DNA of 63,869 nt, the filler included, from Folioceros fuciformis (lineage: Eukaryota), in assembly GCA_049999805.1 (NCBI GenBank). It is 26 parts of 26 records of this genome, joined end to end, with 100 filler letters (N's around TTAATTAATTAA, not from the genome) between each part and the next. Parts side by side here need not be neighbours in the genome. Positions count along the whole stretch, not along the records: positions 12,055 to 13,242 come from JBNGIO010007085.1; positions 13,343 to 15,786 come from JBNGIO010007086.1; positions 15,887 to 17,777 come from JBNGIO010007087.1; positions 17,878 to 20,857 come from JBNGIO010007088.1; positions 20,958 to 25,127 come from JBNGIO010007089.1; 21 more parts are not named here. The stretch is one strand, 5' to 3'. Below are positions 12,166 to 24,330 of this stretch, piece after piece (within the stretch, counting starts at the first letter, position 1; each line of letters opens with the position of its first letter). The notes below the pieces were generated by a model, which saw nothing but the letters and a program-made list of their open reading frames with translations, had not been told where the DNA came from and did no database searches. A program made the translations under genes and the position numbers.

Positions 12166-13079
12166 GATAATGGATCGCTGCATAAATAAGGCATTATATA
12201 TAGGATCACATGTAATGATTATATCTATATAGTGAGGGCTTTCTTTAATAACAATGTAAAACCTAACTAATATTATGAAGCTAGTCTTTTAAGGTTGCTT
12301 GATATATGGATAACAAGTTTCTTATGTTGTGGCTACTACAATTATGACATGTTTTGCATGTGCTTGCAAAATTTACAAAAAATATTGATGTCCTCACTTG
12401 TGTCTCGATGAATTTGCATGCTCTCATTAAATTATTCTTCTCTTCCAAAGAAAACAACTTATACGGGTTAAACTAAGATATATGTCTATTTCCTTGTGCT
12501 TCGTATAGTGATCAAGGCATATGACTAGCTGATTATTTATCTTAGATCTCAATATTGTTTCTTCCATCTTAAGTAATTTTGTTGTTATACAGAGTGATAG
12601 GAATATCACAAATATAAATCAAGTTATCAATAGATAGGTTAAAACTACCTACTCTAGTAAGTAAATTAGGCTTGGATTTAAATTAGAGAGCTTGTTATGA
12701 AATGTTTCCAATGTATCCTTTCTTTCATATAAAATATATTAATAGTAAGAATATATAAATTCAAGGTAGATGCGATTCAATATAGCTGACCCATTAACGA
12801 CCACAAGAAAGACATGAGACATATAAATAGGTCACCCACACATGAATATAAAGCTATCTATCCAGATTTTTTTTATTCAATTTTAGAAAATAATTAAAAA
12901 TAAATCATATGATAAATGAATACTAATATTTGAGAAAATATCTAAATTTTTATTCAAAAAATAAAAATAATATAAAAAACTAAGAAATAAGCTATTCATT
13001 TTCTTTGAGGCAAAAGTTTGATCCGAAGGTAGTATAAATTTGGGTTGTAACATGCATACCTGACAACTATGCAATTTCG

Positions 13080-13242
13080 AGTTGCGACATACATAGCCGG
13101 CAACTATGCAATTTTGGATTAGGGTATGCATAATTAGTAATTATGTAATTTTAGGTTGCAAGTTGCGACATACATAGTCGGCAATTATGCAATTTTGGAT
13201 TAGGGTATGCATAATTAGTAATTATGTAATTTTAGGTTGCAA
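13080..13242. repeat. 81-bp tandem repeat running into contig end
   Basis: GTTGCGACATACATAG...TTTTAGGTTGCAA at 13081 and 13162. Confidence 0.85.
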
Positions 13243-14129
13243 NNNNNNNNNNNNNNNNNNNNNNNNNNNNNNNNNNNNNNNNNNNNTTAATTAATTAANN
13301 NNNNNNNNNNNNNNNNNNNNNNNNNNNNNNNNNNNNNNNNNNCCTTCCAACAATCAATGCCTCTCGAAACTACCCTCAACTCCCTTAGACCTCCCATTTT
13401 TCAAGTATTGTGGTCACATCTTCAAAATTGACCATTCTCCTCCCTTTTTTCAAGTATTGTGGTCACATCTTTGACCTTGCCTTCCATGAGCCCCATATGC
13501 ACTAAAAGGAGCTGATAGTAGCTCAATACTAAGAATGTTCCATTCCCTCATATTGTTACGAAGGCTTGTCATCCTTGGGGTGTCACTCCAAACACCCCCC
13601 TTTGCTTCCCCTTGGACAGCAAGCTAATAGGAACAAAAGCAATCCTACTTCCAGTGCACCAAGATGATCTACAAAAATGCTCGCTAGTGCAATGAACCAA
13701 CCCCCACAGTCACCAGGCTGGACAACTCACCCCACTCCCTCTCAGCCTGAGCAGGATCTGGAACTCGGGCCCGCTGCTTCCCCTCCTTCAATGAGGGCAC
13801 CTGGAACACCACACTGGCCAACACTTCCACTGGTGCTCATTCTCCAGATCCAGAAAGTACCCCTGCAGCATGTCCAAGAACTACATGTTGCTCCGAACCG
13901 CTGATGGTTGAAGGCGCATCTCATTGATGCATACGCCCCCCCCCCATCCGATTGCACAAGTTGCTACCATGGGCCCATATTCTTCCATGGACACCAGCCC
14001 CCTCTTCGCACTGCCCCGATTCAGCACCTTTCCACAGCGCTATCATCAACAGAGCCCTTTGCCATCACCCACCTTTGGACCTGGCTGTCTGACGAACTCC
14101 TGTGCTTGCTAGTAGCTGCCATCGCTAGC

Positions 14130-15786
14130 CAGCTTGCTGCCCCGGCCTTCCTACCATCTGCCTCCCCGCCAACCCGGCTGGGCCCTGTCAATTCGGCTTG
14201 CCTTTCTGCTCGAATGTGCATTCTGTCTTGGCGATCTGGCCTCCACCCACACACACCTCGCCTGATCCACCCCGACCTGCCACAGCCCGCAGGTCAGGTC
14301 AGCCGCCTCCCTGCCTGCCAGACAGCCTGCCTGATCCATCCAGGCCACCTGGAGCTTGCTAGCCAACCGCCAGTCGGCTGATCCAGCCACGACTTGCCTG
14401 CTAGCTGACAACTTGCCTTTCGGGATCTGACATCCTGACCGGACAGTGCCTGGATCCCCTCAGCCTCTAGGTTGCCCGCATGGTCGACCGGATCTGCTGC
14501 CTAGCCTCCAGCAGCCAACCTGGCCTGGATCCGGTGCTGCCTGCCTAGTCTCCAGTAGCTGGCCTAGCCTGGATCCGCCGCCGCCTGCCTAGCCTGGATC
14601 CTGCTCCGCCTGGCCGCCTTCAGCTACAACCAGGCCGGCCCCCTGGCTGGCCAAGTCCAATCCGCCAGGCCTGCCCAGGCCTAGTTGCCTCTCCAAGCCA
14701 CCTGCTTATCTAGACTCGGCTGGGCCAACAGCCAGGCCGCCAGTCATCAGCCCCCCCCCCCCGCCAGCCATTAGCCAATAGCTTGCCTACAATCGGTGCT
14801 GGGCGGCTTGCCTGCAGCCGGACCGGGCTGCCTGCCTAGTTGGCTAGAGCCCCTTGCTCCCTGCCTGCTTGGCCCGGCCACAATCCAGCCAGTTGCTAGG
14901 ATACGCGTCCTTTGCAGCGGCTGGGGTTCGGCCTGCCAGCCTGCCTGGCCTGGATCAGCACGCCGAAGCGCCCTGCCCCCAACTGGGACCTCCACCGCAG
15001 CCAGCCACCGCAATCCATCCTGCCCTTGACGGCGATCCAGCCCTCCTTCCCTTCCCCTACAGCAGGCTTGCCCACCGTCTAGCTAGGCTACCTGCCCAGA
15101 TCCACCCCGGCGGCCTGTGCAGCCCGCCTGCCTGGCTACCTTAACCCAGTTGCCACCCGCCTGGATCCGGCTGTTGCTGAGCCGCCTGTCGGGTTCCAGA
15201 CCCGGTCCGGCCCTTGACCAGCCTGGATCCACCTGCAGCTGGTCCTGGCTGCTTGCCTGCAGCCCGCCTACCTGGCTACCTAAACCCAGTTGCCACCCGC
15301 CTAGATCCGGCTGCTGTTGAGCCGCTTACCGGGTTCCAGACCTGGTCCAGGCCTTGACCAACCTGGATCCACCTGCAGCTGGTCCTGGCTGCTTGCCTGC
15401 AGCCAATCGCCGCCTGGCGAGGTCCATCTGCCTTGATCTTGGCAGGCCTCCTGGAGCGTGCCGGCTACGTGCCCTCCAACCCTGACTAGCGCCTGCCAAA
15501 AGCCTGCCACCAATCTGCTTGGTTGCTACCTACTCATCCAACCCCCTAGATCTCGTCGTGCCTCAGCCCGAATCCAACTCCCAGCTTAATGCTCCCGCCA
15601 GCCTCTGTGCTGCCTGCTTGGTGGTCGCCTGCTGACCGTTTGTGCTACTGGCGGCCTGCTTGCTCCTCAGCAGCCGCTGCCAGCCACCTACCTTTGCTTG
15701 GCTGATCTGCTACTGCAGTCAGCCCGCCATCACCTGGCAATCCGGCCAGGCCCACCTGTCAGGCTTCGCCCGACCAGCCACCATCC
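14130..15786. repeat. GC-rich degenerate repetitive region, probably TE-derived, with a 140-bp tandem duplication at about 15117-15403
   Basis: Recurrent GCCTGGATCC and GCCTGCC motifs with CCAG/CTAG variants. CCTGGCTACC...CTGCAGCC is repeated at 15131 and 15271. Confidence 0.6.
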
Positions 15787-16621
15787 NNNNNNNNNNNNNN
15801 NNNNNNNNNNNNNNNNNNNNNNNNNNNNNNTTAATTAATTAANNNNNNNNNNNNNNNNNNNNNNNNNNNNNNNNNNNNNNNNNNNNCAACCTGCTCCTTC
15901 GCTATCCTACATCCCTCCCTCCCTTTGCTTGTATGCAATGTTTTTGTATGGTATACACTTCATATACATACACCCCCATATATTTATATTTATTTGATAT
16001 ATTTATGGTATCCATATTCCCATATATATATTTATATATATATATTTCCCTAATTTCTCTTTTTTATTTTCTTTTATTTTTCTGGATTTAATTCCATAAA
16101 TTCCCACTCTACTCTTTCTCACCTATTTCCTTCCCCTGATAGTTCGGGACCTGTCCCAACACCCCGGGATCAGTTTCCCAAGGCCGAAGAACCTTTTCCC
16201 TTTTCTTCTCCCACTACTCATACTCGTCTCATGGAGGCAGGCTCAGCGACCCAGGGGAACAATTGCAGGGGAAGGCTTTGCAGGCAACCATCCAGCAAGA
16301 GAGAGGAGGCGCCAACAAGATTTTGAAGATCATCCTTCAAGCTCTTAGAATAGTTTAATAGGTGGTTGCGACTAGTGGTGGTAAGGTTAGCAGGTTGTAG
16401 AGCTACCTCATCAATATTGGTTGCGGGGCATGCTAGGAAAGTCTAAATATGTGGCCGGTGATAGCCGACTAGGCTAGTTGTCTTATTAAAATAATAATTG
16501 TAAAGCTAGAGAGAGGTGAGGTAAGAGAGAGAGAGGCTCCTATAAGATCGAGTGAGCCTATAAGAGGTAGGTTGTCACTTCACAACCTCTCTTGTGATCT
16601 GTCCCTGCTTCGTTCAGGACC

Positions 16622-16943
16622 TGTAGTGTGTTGCTGGCTATGCAGTGTCTGGTAGGATCGTGAGCAGCGTGTTGACGGCTGTGTAGTGTTTGGTAGGATC
16701 GCGAGCAACGTGTTGCCGGCCATACAGCGTCTAGTAGGATTGCGAGCAGTGTGTTGCCGGCTGTGCAGTGTCTGGTAGGATCGCAAGCAGTGTGTTGCCG
16801 GCTGTACAGCGTCTGGTAGCAACGCGAGCAGTGTGTTGCTGGCTGTGCAGTATCTAGTAGGATCACAAGCAGCATGTTGCCAACTGTACAACGTCTGGTA
16901 GAATCGCGGGCAACGTGTTGCCGGCTGTGCAATGTCTTGTAGG
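16622..16943. repeat. 41-bp minisatellite, about 8 diverged copies
   Basis: Consensus GCAGTGTCTGGTAGGATCGCGAGCAGTGTGTTGCCGGCTGT. The GTAG anchor recurs every 41 nt (16652, 16693, 16734, 16775, 16816, 16857, 16898, 16939). Confidence 0.92.
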
Positions 16944-17877
16944 TTTAAGAGGTGTAGTGGCCAGGGTTAAGGGCTGGGTCCCTTTAATTCTTGATCATGC
17001 TCTCCCTGTCGTGCCCCATGATCCGTCATTCTTGTTTCCTTGCAAGACTGGAGTGAGTGCCAACCATGCGTGTATGGTGTCTGGTAGGATAGTGGGTGGC
17101 GGCATGCTCTTCTTTGCGGTTAGTTTAGCGACTCTTGCCAAGTGGGGGAGTCAAGAGCGAAGTGTAGAAGGTAGTGGAGTTGTTGCTGGTGTTGGTGCTA
17201 GAGTGAGTGAGTGAGTGAGGGAAGTCGTAGATCTGTGAGGTTAGTGATGTAGTGATTGGAGTGAATTTGTGGGCACCGAGAGAGGTGCAGTTAACCGCTG
17301 GACAGTGAGGATTGTCCCACGCCTTATCGGAGCTGGAGGGGAGCCCTCGAATCCGTCATCGAGTCGATTAAGTCTAACCCTCCATCTATAGCAGGAAAGA
17401 ACCCTATCGCTCCTTCATGGGAACAAAACCCAATGTCTCAACAACAATGGGATAAGTGTGGCCACTAAAGGTCGAACTCATTGGCAAACAGTGCCTGGGG
17501 TTTTGCCACCCCAAAAAATATATACGTTGGAGCAAGTTTTTCCAATCGCAGAGAAGCATGAACAAGCAAGAACAAGCAAGAGCATTGTTAAAAGCTATGG
17601 GCAGTAAAGTTGGGGCAAATAGAAGGGGAGGTACATTTTTTGTGACGATATCTAGATGCAATCATTTGCCCAGATGTGTCGTGAAATTGTGGCAAAAATG
17701 GACTTATAGTAGAGCATCATGGTGAACGTGATAGTTTAGTGGAATTCAGTTGATTAGATAATAGGTGATTAAACTAANNNNNNNNNNNNNNNNNNNNNNN
17801 NNNNNNNNNNNNNNNNNNNNNTTAATTAATTAANNNNNNNNNNNNNNNNNNNNNNNNNNNNNNNNNNNNNNNNNNNN

Positions 17878-19007
17878 ATCCCGCGGTGGTCATCGGAGGG
17901 GTGCTGGCGCTGGCCGTCCCACTGGTAGTATACCAGCTGCTCAATCGGAAGCCGCCGCCCTTCGGGACTGTGACGGCTGAGGTTGCGTATGAGAAGCTGG
18001 GGGATGAGACTGTGGGAGGGCAGCTGGTGGATGTCAGGTTGCTGGAGGATGTCCAGACCGAGGGAGCGCCGGATTTGCGAGCCTACCGGAAGAAGGTGTT
18101 CAACCTGCCCTTCGTTGAGCAGTTTGAGGGAGAGGAGCAGGAGGAGGAGGCCAACGAAAACTTCGTGGCCAAGCTCAAGAGCAAGTTTAAGAAGCCGGAG
18201 GAGACGACGCTCTACTTTCTGGACAGGTTTGATGGCAGTTCTCTTGCGCTGGCGAAACTGGCTACGGAGAACGGGTTCCTGGCTGCCTACGCTGTCAAAG
18301 GGGGCGCCGAGGGGCCCAATGGCTGGCGCGAGGCTGACCTCCCGTGGTTGGTGCCTAAAAAGGGTTTCAAGCTGGACTTCAGTGCCTTCAAGAACGCCTT
18401 GGACAGCGCCTTCGGACCGGAGACAGCAGCTGTGGTGCCAGCCACGTTGGGAGTGGCCGCTGCTGCGGCTGCTGGTGTGCTCGTTTTTTCTGAGGCTGAA
18501 ACGGCGTTGCAGCTGCTTGGCTCCGCTGCGTTGATTCAGCTCTTATTGAAGAAGTTCCTATTCGCCAAAGATAGGGAGGAGACTTTCTCGCAGATCAAGG
18601 AGCTGCTGGATACTAAGGTGGCTCCTGCAATCCTGGTGGATGACATTAAAAGCATTGGCAAAGTGATAACAGCTACGGCCGAGGAAGTTTCCGGGCAAAT
18701 GGTTGGCGGCAAAGGGGCATCACCGTCCAACGGTGCTGTTGTAATGGAAGCAGAAGTTGTTTCGGAGGAGGAGCCAGATAGGAAAGAGGTGACTCGAGCG
18801 AAGGAGGACGAAAGCCCGGTACTACGTGATCAAGTGGTAGCTGAAGCTTCCCAGCCTGATCCAACGGAAGCTTCTGACCCTACCCCAACTGAAGCGTCGC
18901 CGCGGGCTCCGGCTCCCACTGAAGCTTCTGGGCCTGTTCCGACCAAACCTTCTCAGCCTGCTACTCCTACTGCCCAAGCTGCTTCTCCTGCCCTTGATGT
19001 TGTTTGA
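17878..19007 (+). CDS. TROL: Thylakoid rhodanese-like protein (STR4/TROL homologue), 5' partial
   Basis: TM helix, inactive rhodanese domain (AYEKLG..QLVDVR..GAPDL..TTLYFLDRFDGSS..AYAVKGGAEGPNGW..LPW), second TM with FSEAETALQLLGSAAL..KKFLFAKDREET, then a Pro/Glu-rich tail. Confidence 0.9.
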
Positions 19008-19704
19008 TATTTGGCATACAGAGACGCCTAGCCTCCAGCAGCTCTAGCTACTCAAAGCCCTAATGCCTTCTGTGCAAGTTTTTCCTCACTGGACAAGCCC
19101 TGCTGGAGACACAAGAACAACCATTTGGAAAGCAACAACATGCCAGGTTATCCAAGTGCACCATTTCTGTAATTGTATGTACAGGAAGAGTCAGGTGGCA
19201 TCACTGCCAGTGGGACTGCATGGAGGTGACAGAGGACGGGTAGTAAAGTCACAAAGGCACAAGGAGCAGCAGGTCAAACGGACCGGAGAAGAGCTGGCGA
19301 CATAAAGAGCAGAGCAGACAATGCTCATGGCCTTTCCAGGCAGATGATCTACCTCATTGTACCCCCTAGTTTGTTCTAAAGCATGCGTGTGAAGAATTCG
19401 CAGGTTTTTATTAACTATGTACTTGTCCAGAGTTGTAGCTACTTGGCACGAAGGATTCGCAACCAAGCTGCTGCACACTACATATGTCACAGCAAGCTTC
19501 TCACACTACATCATGAAGCACACAAGGCGGCTACACTCCACATAGCCAGTCATGTTGTTTTGGAAAAAAAAAAAAGTGTCTGGCGACATGCCACAGTTCC
19601 ACTGCATAACAACGCTGTAACATTCCGCGACTTCAAACCATCGTGGATGTAACGACTTCAAACCATCGTGGATGTAGCGACAGTAAGTAGTGAAAAACAC
19701 GATG

Positions 19705-20041
19705 TCAACAGGGGAAGTGACCGATGAACCATTGTATGACCTTGATAGGAGCTTTAATAAGTCCAACAGCAACTTTCGAGATGAACGGTAAACATGCACA
19801 GCAAGGGCAGAGGCAGGCCAATATCGTCCTGCACAGTTTCCAAAACAAAGAGCACGTTTCAGCTACTTCCAGACGCGCGAGGGCAGCGCAGCGAAATGAA
19901 AGAAATAACCTGTTCCTGCTCCCGCTAGTGGACTTACGTGACAATCCAGATCACGAGGCCGATCACAGTAAGCAGAAGGGAGAGCAGCATGAAGGGAAGC
20001 CCAATCAAAAATCCACACGGACGGCACTCGCAGTCTCCCAT
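19705..20041 (-). CDS. TAX: TAXIMIN-family cysteine-rich signalling peptide, 75 aa, 2 exons
   Basis: Exons 20041-19938 and 19828-19705 (GT-AG intron 19937-19829) give [75 protein letters not shown]. It matches the CRP.GFL.GLPF, CLCPCC and LIKAP..V..WF...PC family pattern. Confidence 0.88.
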
Positions 20042-21019
20042 TGTAAGGTCGTGGAATTCCACACCAGCGGGTGAGTCTTGAGCTGGTTGCGTACCCTGCT
20101 CGTGTCGCTCCTTTCACAGATTCTGTCAAAGTTCCCAGCTCTTCTCCTCACCTGCCTGGATATGCAATCCGATGGGCTAACAAAGAGCAGCCCTGATCTG
20201 TAAGTGTGCAACCAACGGAGACTCCCGTAGTTGGAGATGAGAACGCCGGGGCAAGGCAAGGCGACGGGAACAGGGACCACAACGGACGAACGCAAATTCC
20301 TCTAACCAACCTAGAACTAATGGGGGTCTTCCTGGTTTTCCAGTGCCGGGCCGGATGACGACTCGGAAGCAACGGGGACGCGGTATTGGCTGACCTTCAC
20401 ACGCGTTTTCGGATAAATGTATCAGTACGACAGTTAAGTGTAACTGCAGGCTAATGACAACGAAGAATAGTGGTTTCCGTTTGTGACAGGTCCGTTACGT
20501 GTTCCTTTGTGAACCGAACTCCAGACAGAAATGACAGTTTCCAAGCTGGAAGTTGTACAGTCTCTTATCACATTACAGAGATAGTTTTCTGGAACATGGG
20601 GATGGTGTGCCGTTCCTGCTTGCATACCAAAAGTGCTGCAAAAATATGACGAGCGCTCCGTTCTCAGAGTGGAGTAAGCCCCACCACACCTGCAACAGTC
20701 GAATGCATGTGAGCTGTCGTTGCAGCAGGTTATTCATCACAAAAAAGGACTCCAGCAACCAAACCCAGAGCAAGCCTCACCGCAAGCCAAACGACCTCCC
20801 GCGTTTCCGGTCGTAGAGCTCAGCTCATGTCCGCCTGCAGTGCGTAAAACATGAGGGNNNNNNNNNNNNNNNNNNNNNNNNNNNNNNNNNNNNNNNNNNN
20901 NTTAATTAATTAANNNNNNNNNNNNNNNNNNNNNNNNNNNNNNNNNNNNNNNNNNNNCTTTTATACATCTTGTATAATCCTGTATTACCATCTATCTACT
21001 TTTATGCATCTTCTATAAG

Positions 21020-21560
21020 GTAGTCCGAACTGCTCCTCATGCCAAGCAAGATTGCAACAGCAACATAGAGGCATACCATAGGTATATGAAGGTTAGATAG
21101 TTTATGACCAAGACCACCTTACATGCCCGCCGGCTTGATTGGTTACTATATGTCCTCTTGGAGGAGGTGGACACACATTTTTGGTATGAAGCAGAGTGTA
21201 AGAGATACGACATTATTCAAAATACAAAGCAAGCGCAAATCGTATAGCATTCCTTGGCAAAAGCTGCACTCGTAGCATATGCTGACGTGACATTGCCTAC
21301 AAAAGGTGCACTCATAGCATCTTCTGATGTGACTTTGCCTACAGAAGAACAGCCTTTTGTGTGGTTAAGGGCCAAGGTAAAAAGAAGATTGCTTTTTACT
21401 TGATTTGCAATTGTGGCACCCCTTGGGCTACTTGTAGTTGCAAGCAAGCCACCGCTGGGTTTGTATGTAAGCACCAACTAAAAGTCCTGCTAATGCTTAG
21501 TAGAGTAGTGCCTACACAAGCTCTTGTGGTGAAATATTGTGTTGTTGCAATAGCTTAAAT
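21020..21560 (+). mobile_element. Decayed MULE-like transposase fragment with SWIM zinc finger
   Basis: RRLDWLLYVL and ATCSCKQATAGFVCKHQLKV (CxC-x9-CKH), with interrupting stops. Confidence 0.65.
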
Positions 21561-21859
21561 TGCTATTAGACAACCATCTTTGCATGTAGGGATTTTTATT
21601 TCACATACAATGTCATTTCACCCAAATACAGCTGCACAGTAGGAACAGAACACTGAAGTCCAGCTAGATAAAGAGATAGGCTAGAGGCTAGTCTGGATTC
21701 CAAGAAACTAGTTGATTATGATGGCGTTGAACAAGTTGACAACAACAAGATTGAACTACATGCTTTATTAGCATGTCTCTACTTTCATTCACAAGTATCT
21801 TGCCAAGAGGTGTAACCATCGGTCTCCGTAGGTGTTTCTCCTACATACGTGTTCCGGCT

Positions 21860-24330
21860 CTAGGATAAGCATATCCTTCCTTCCTTAACCTTGGTATCCC
21901 AGTCCAGAGTTTTGAAGCCTACTTCCTTCCTTTCGCACTTAAAGGTATAGCACACTCCATACATCCATGTCCAGCCAATCAATGCATCATATCTAGGAGC
22001 TTTCTCTTTGATAACCACATAGTCCATGAGGTACGAAATGGTACCAATATGGGTCAGCACTCCAGTTATCTCTCTTAGCGATTCCATCCTAGACATGTCC
22101 GTGAGTTGCAACACCTTAGCCGTGTGTTCTATCTCCAGCCTAGACATGTCCGTGAGTCGCAACACCTTAGTTGTGTGTTCTATCTCCAGCCCCAGCTTCC
22201 GAGCTGTGTCCTCCGTCATGATGTTAACCCCAGAACCAATATCCAAAGGTACCTTCTTGATTACACACCCCGAGATCTCTATTTGCAACTCCGCAAGACC
22301 TTGATCAACCATGGCCACCAAGTTCACAGCAAGTGGCTTTTGTCTTGGCTTGAGGAGACTCTACTTCTTCTTGGGTTGGGCTGCTTTCAATGCTCTTCGA
22401 ATTTGCTGGCGGTATTGCGGGTTGTCTCTAAGAAGCTGCGCAAATGTTATCATGAACTTCTGGTCCATGATAGCCTCCGCCAGATTGAAGGTCTCGTCTG
22501 CCCGTGCTCTCCCCTTCTCAGCGCTTGCACTAACCCACATTTCAACGACCGCGGTAGCTCCTTCAGGTATAGCGGTTGTGGAATCAGGATGACCAATAAC
22601 TAGTACAGATGGAACAGTCAGGATTTGCTCCAATTCCTCTCAAAACATCTCCATCACCTCCTTTCTGACATCTGGCGGAAACCCTAACCCATCCATATTT
22701 TTATCTCGAGGGTTTTTGCCAGATCTTGCGACTTCGTTTCTGCTCCATCTGAAACTTCATGGTTTCTACACATCGCCACTGGCATTTGCTGCGATGCCTG
22801 CACCTCACTCCTCTTCCTCTAGATACGCACGATCGCTCAGTGGACTACTTGGCTTGGTCACTTCACCGTTCTTTTGGCTATTCAGCCTCCTGTCCTTCAC
22901 TGCCCGATGAAGTCGAAGCCTTCTCATCTCGAGATGTGCCAGGAACTACCATCCTGCCCTTCTTCCCTTGCTCTCCCCTCCCGAGGGCGTCTATCTTTCG
23001 GTTGGTGTCCCACATCTCACTTCGCGTTCGAACAACCATAGCGGGTGTCTCCTCATTATACCCACTGTCCAAGTCCTCCAAGCCCTCCACACTTCTCAAC
23101 ATGTTGGCTTCAACGTCCTCCCACACCGCCATGAGCGCATCTTTAACATGCATCGCTGGTACTGGATTTTGCCCCATAGGTGGTTGGGTTCCTCTAACTA
23201 GAGGTTGAGCGATTCTCACATGCTTCTTCGGTGACTGGCAAAGAACATTGCCTGCCACATGCCCCAAAGTTTGCAGTCCACACACAGCCTTTCAAAATCA
23301 CTATTCCCTTGACGAGTTGCTAAAGGGCAACTCCTCGCGAGATGTCCAAATCCAGCTTCTCCAGTTTGGCCATCACCTCTTCCATCTTGTTCCCTTGCTG
23401 CTCCACTTTCTTGGCTGTTATCTCTACTTCCTTTCTCGCCTGCTCAGCATCCTTTCTTGCACTTACGACCTCCTACTTTGCCTTCACTAGCTCCTTCCCT
23501 CGAGTATGGCGCTTCTATTCCAATTCGACTTTTGATTTCTTCTTTTTCTCTCTCCGCGCTACACTCATCGCCCGACGAATCTTCCTCAGAGTTGTTGCTG
23601 GTTTCTTCTTACGTGGAGCTATTCGAGGAGTCCTTGGAAGAGCTTCCTTCCTCCATCGAATTGTCATTGGAGGGCGAGGAGTACTTCTTCTTTTTCTTCT
23701 TGGATTTCTTCTTGTCTCTCCGTGCCTTTCTCCCATCCTTCTTTGACTTCTTTCTCTCTTCCGCATTGGACTCTTCGTAGTTCAAGGCAGCCCTGATTGC
23801 TCGGTCCAAGTCCTTCTCAGCTTGGAGTTGTACGTGCTTCCCCAAGGCAGTGCCTATGCCCCTAGCAAACCAGCGTATTGCCATGAGCTCTGAATGAGAG
23901 CCAGCACGGTCACGTAGGCTGTAGAATCTTTCCACGTAGGCCTGCAGCGTTTCCCTTTGCTTCCTTCGTAATCTCTCAAGCTTGGACAGAATGTATCCCT
24001 CGACATCCATTCCTCGAAACCTCTCGTAGAAAGCTATCCTCAATGCCTCGAAGGTGGTTGGCGGTGTGGATGACTTGAGGTACTCCCGCTTGTACCACTT
24101 GGCCGCAGCTCCGTGCAAGACTCTGTAGAATAGCTGAACACATTGCGCATCCCTGGCCTCCTGGTTGGCAATGGGCAGCTACTCAAAACGCTCGATAAAG
24201 TCGTCAAGATCCTCGTAACCTTTCTTTTCCCCATACAGTGGGTAAGGCTGCTTAGTGGTTACAACTACTAGAGTAGTAATCATAGCTACCGTGACAGTAT
24301 TTACAACGACTGCAGTGGCAAATGCAACTA
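21860..24330 (-). mobile_element. Decayed Ty3/gypsy gag-protease region
   Basis: Retrotransposon gag (GAAAKWY..FYERF..LRRKQRETLQAYVERF), degenerate zinc knuckle, aspartic protease VPLDIGSGVNIM, frameshifts, and an in-frame 51-bp duplication at 22088-22191. Confidence 0.8.

Noticed and set aside
16622-16943. CRISPR-like array (also considered for 10292-10410 and 10833-11130)
   Set aside because: Units are head-to-tail with no unique spacers, there are no cas genes, and the context is eukaryotic.
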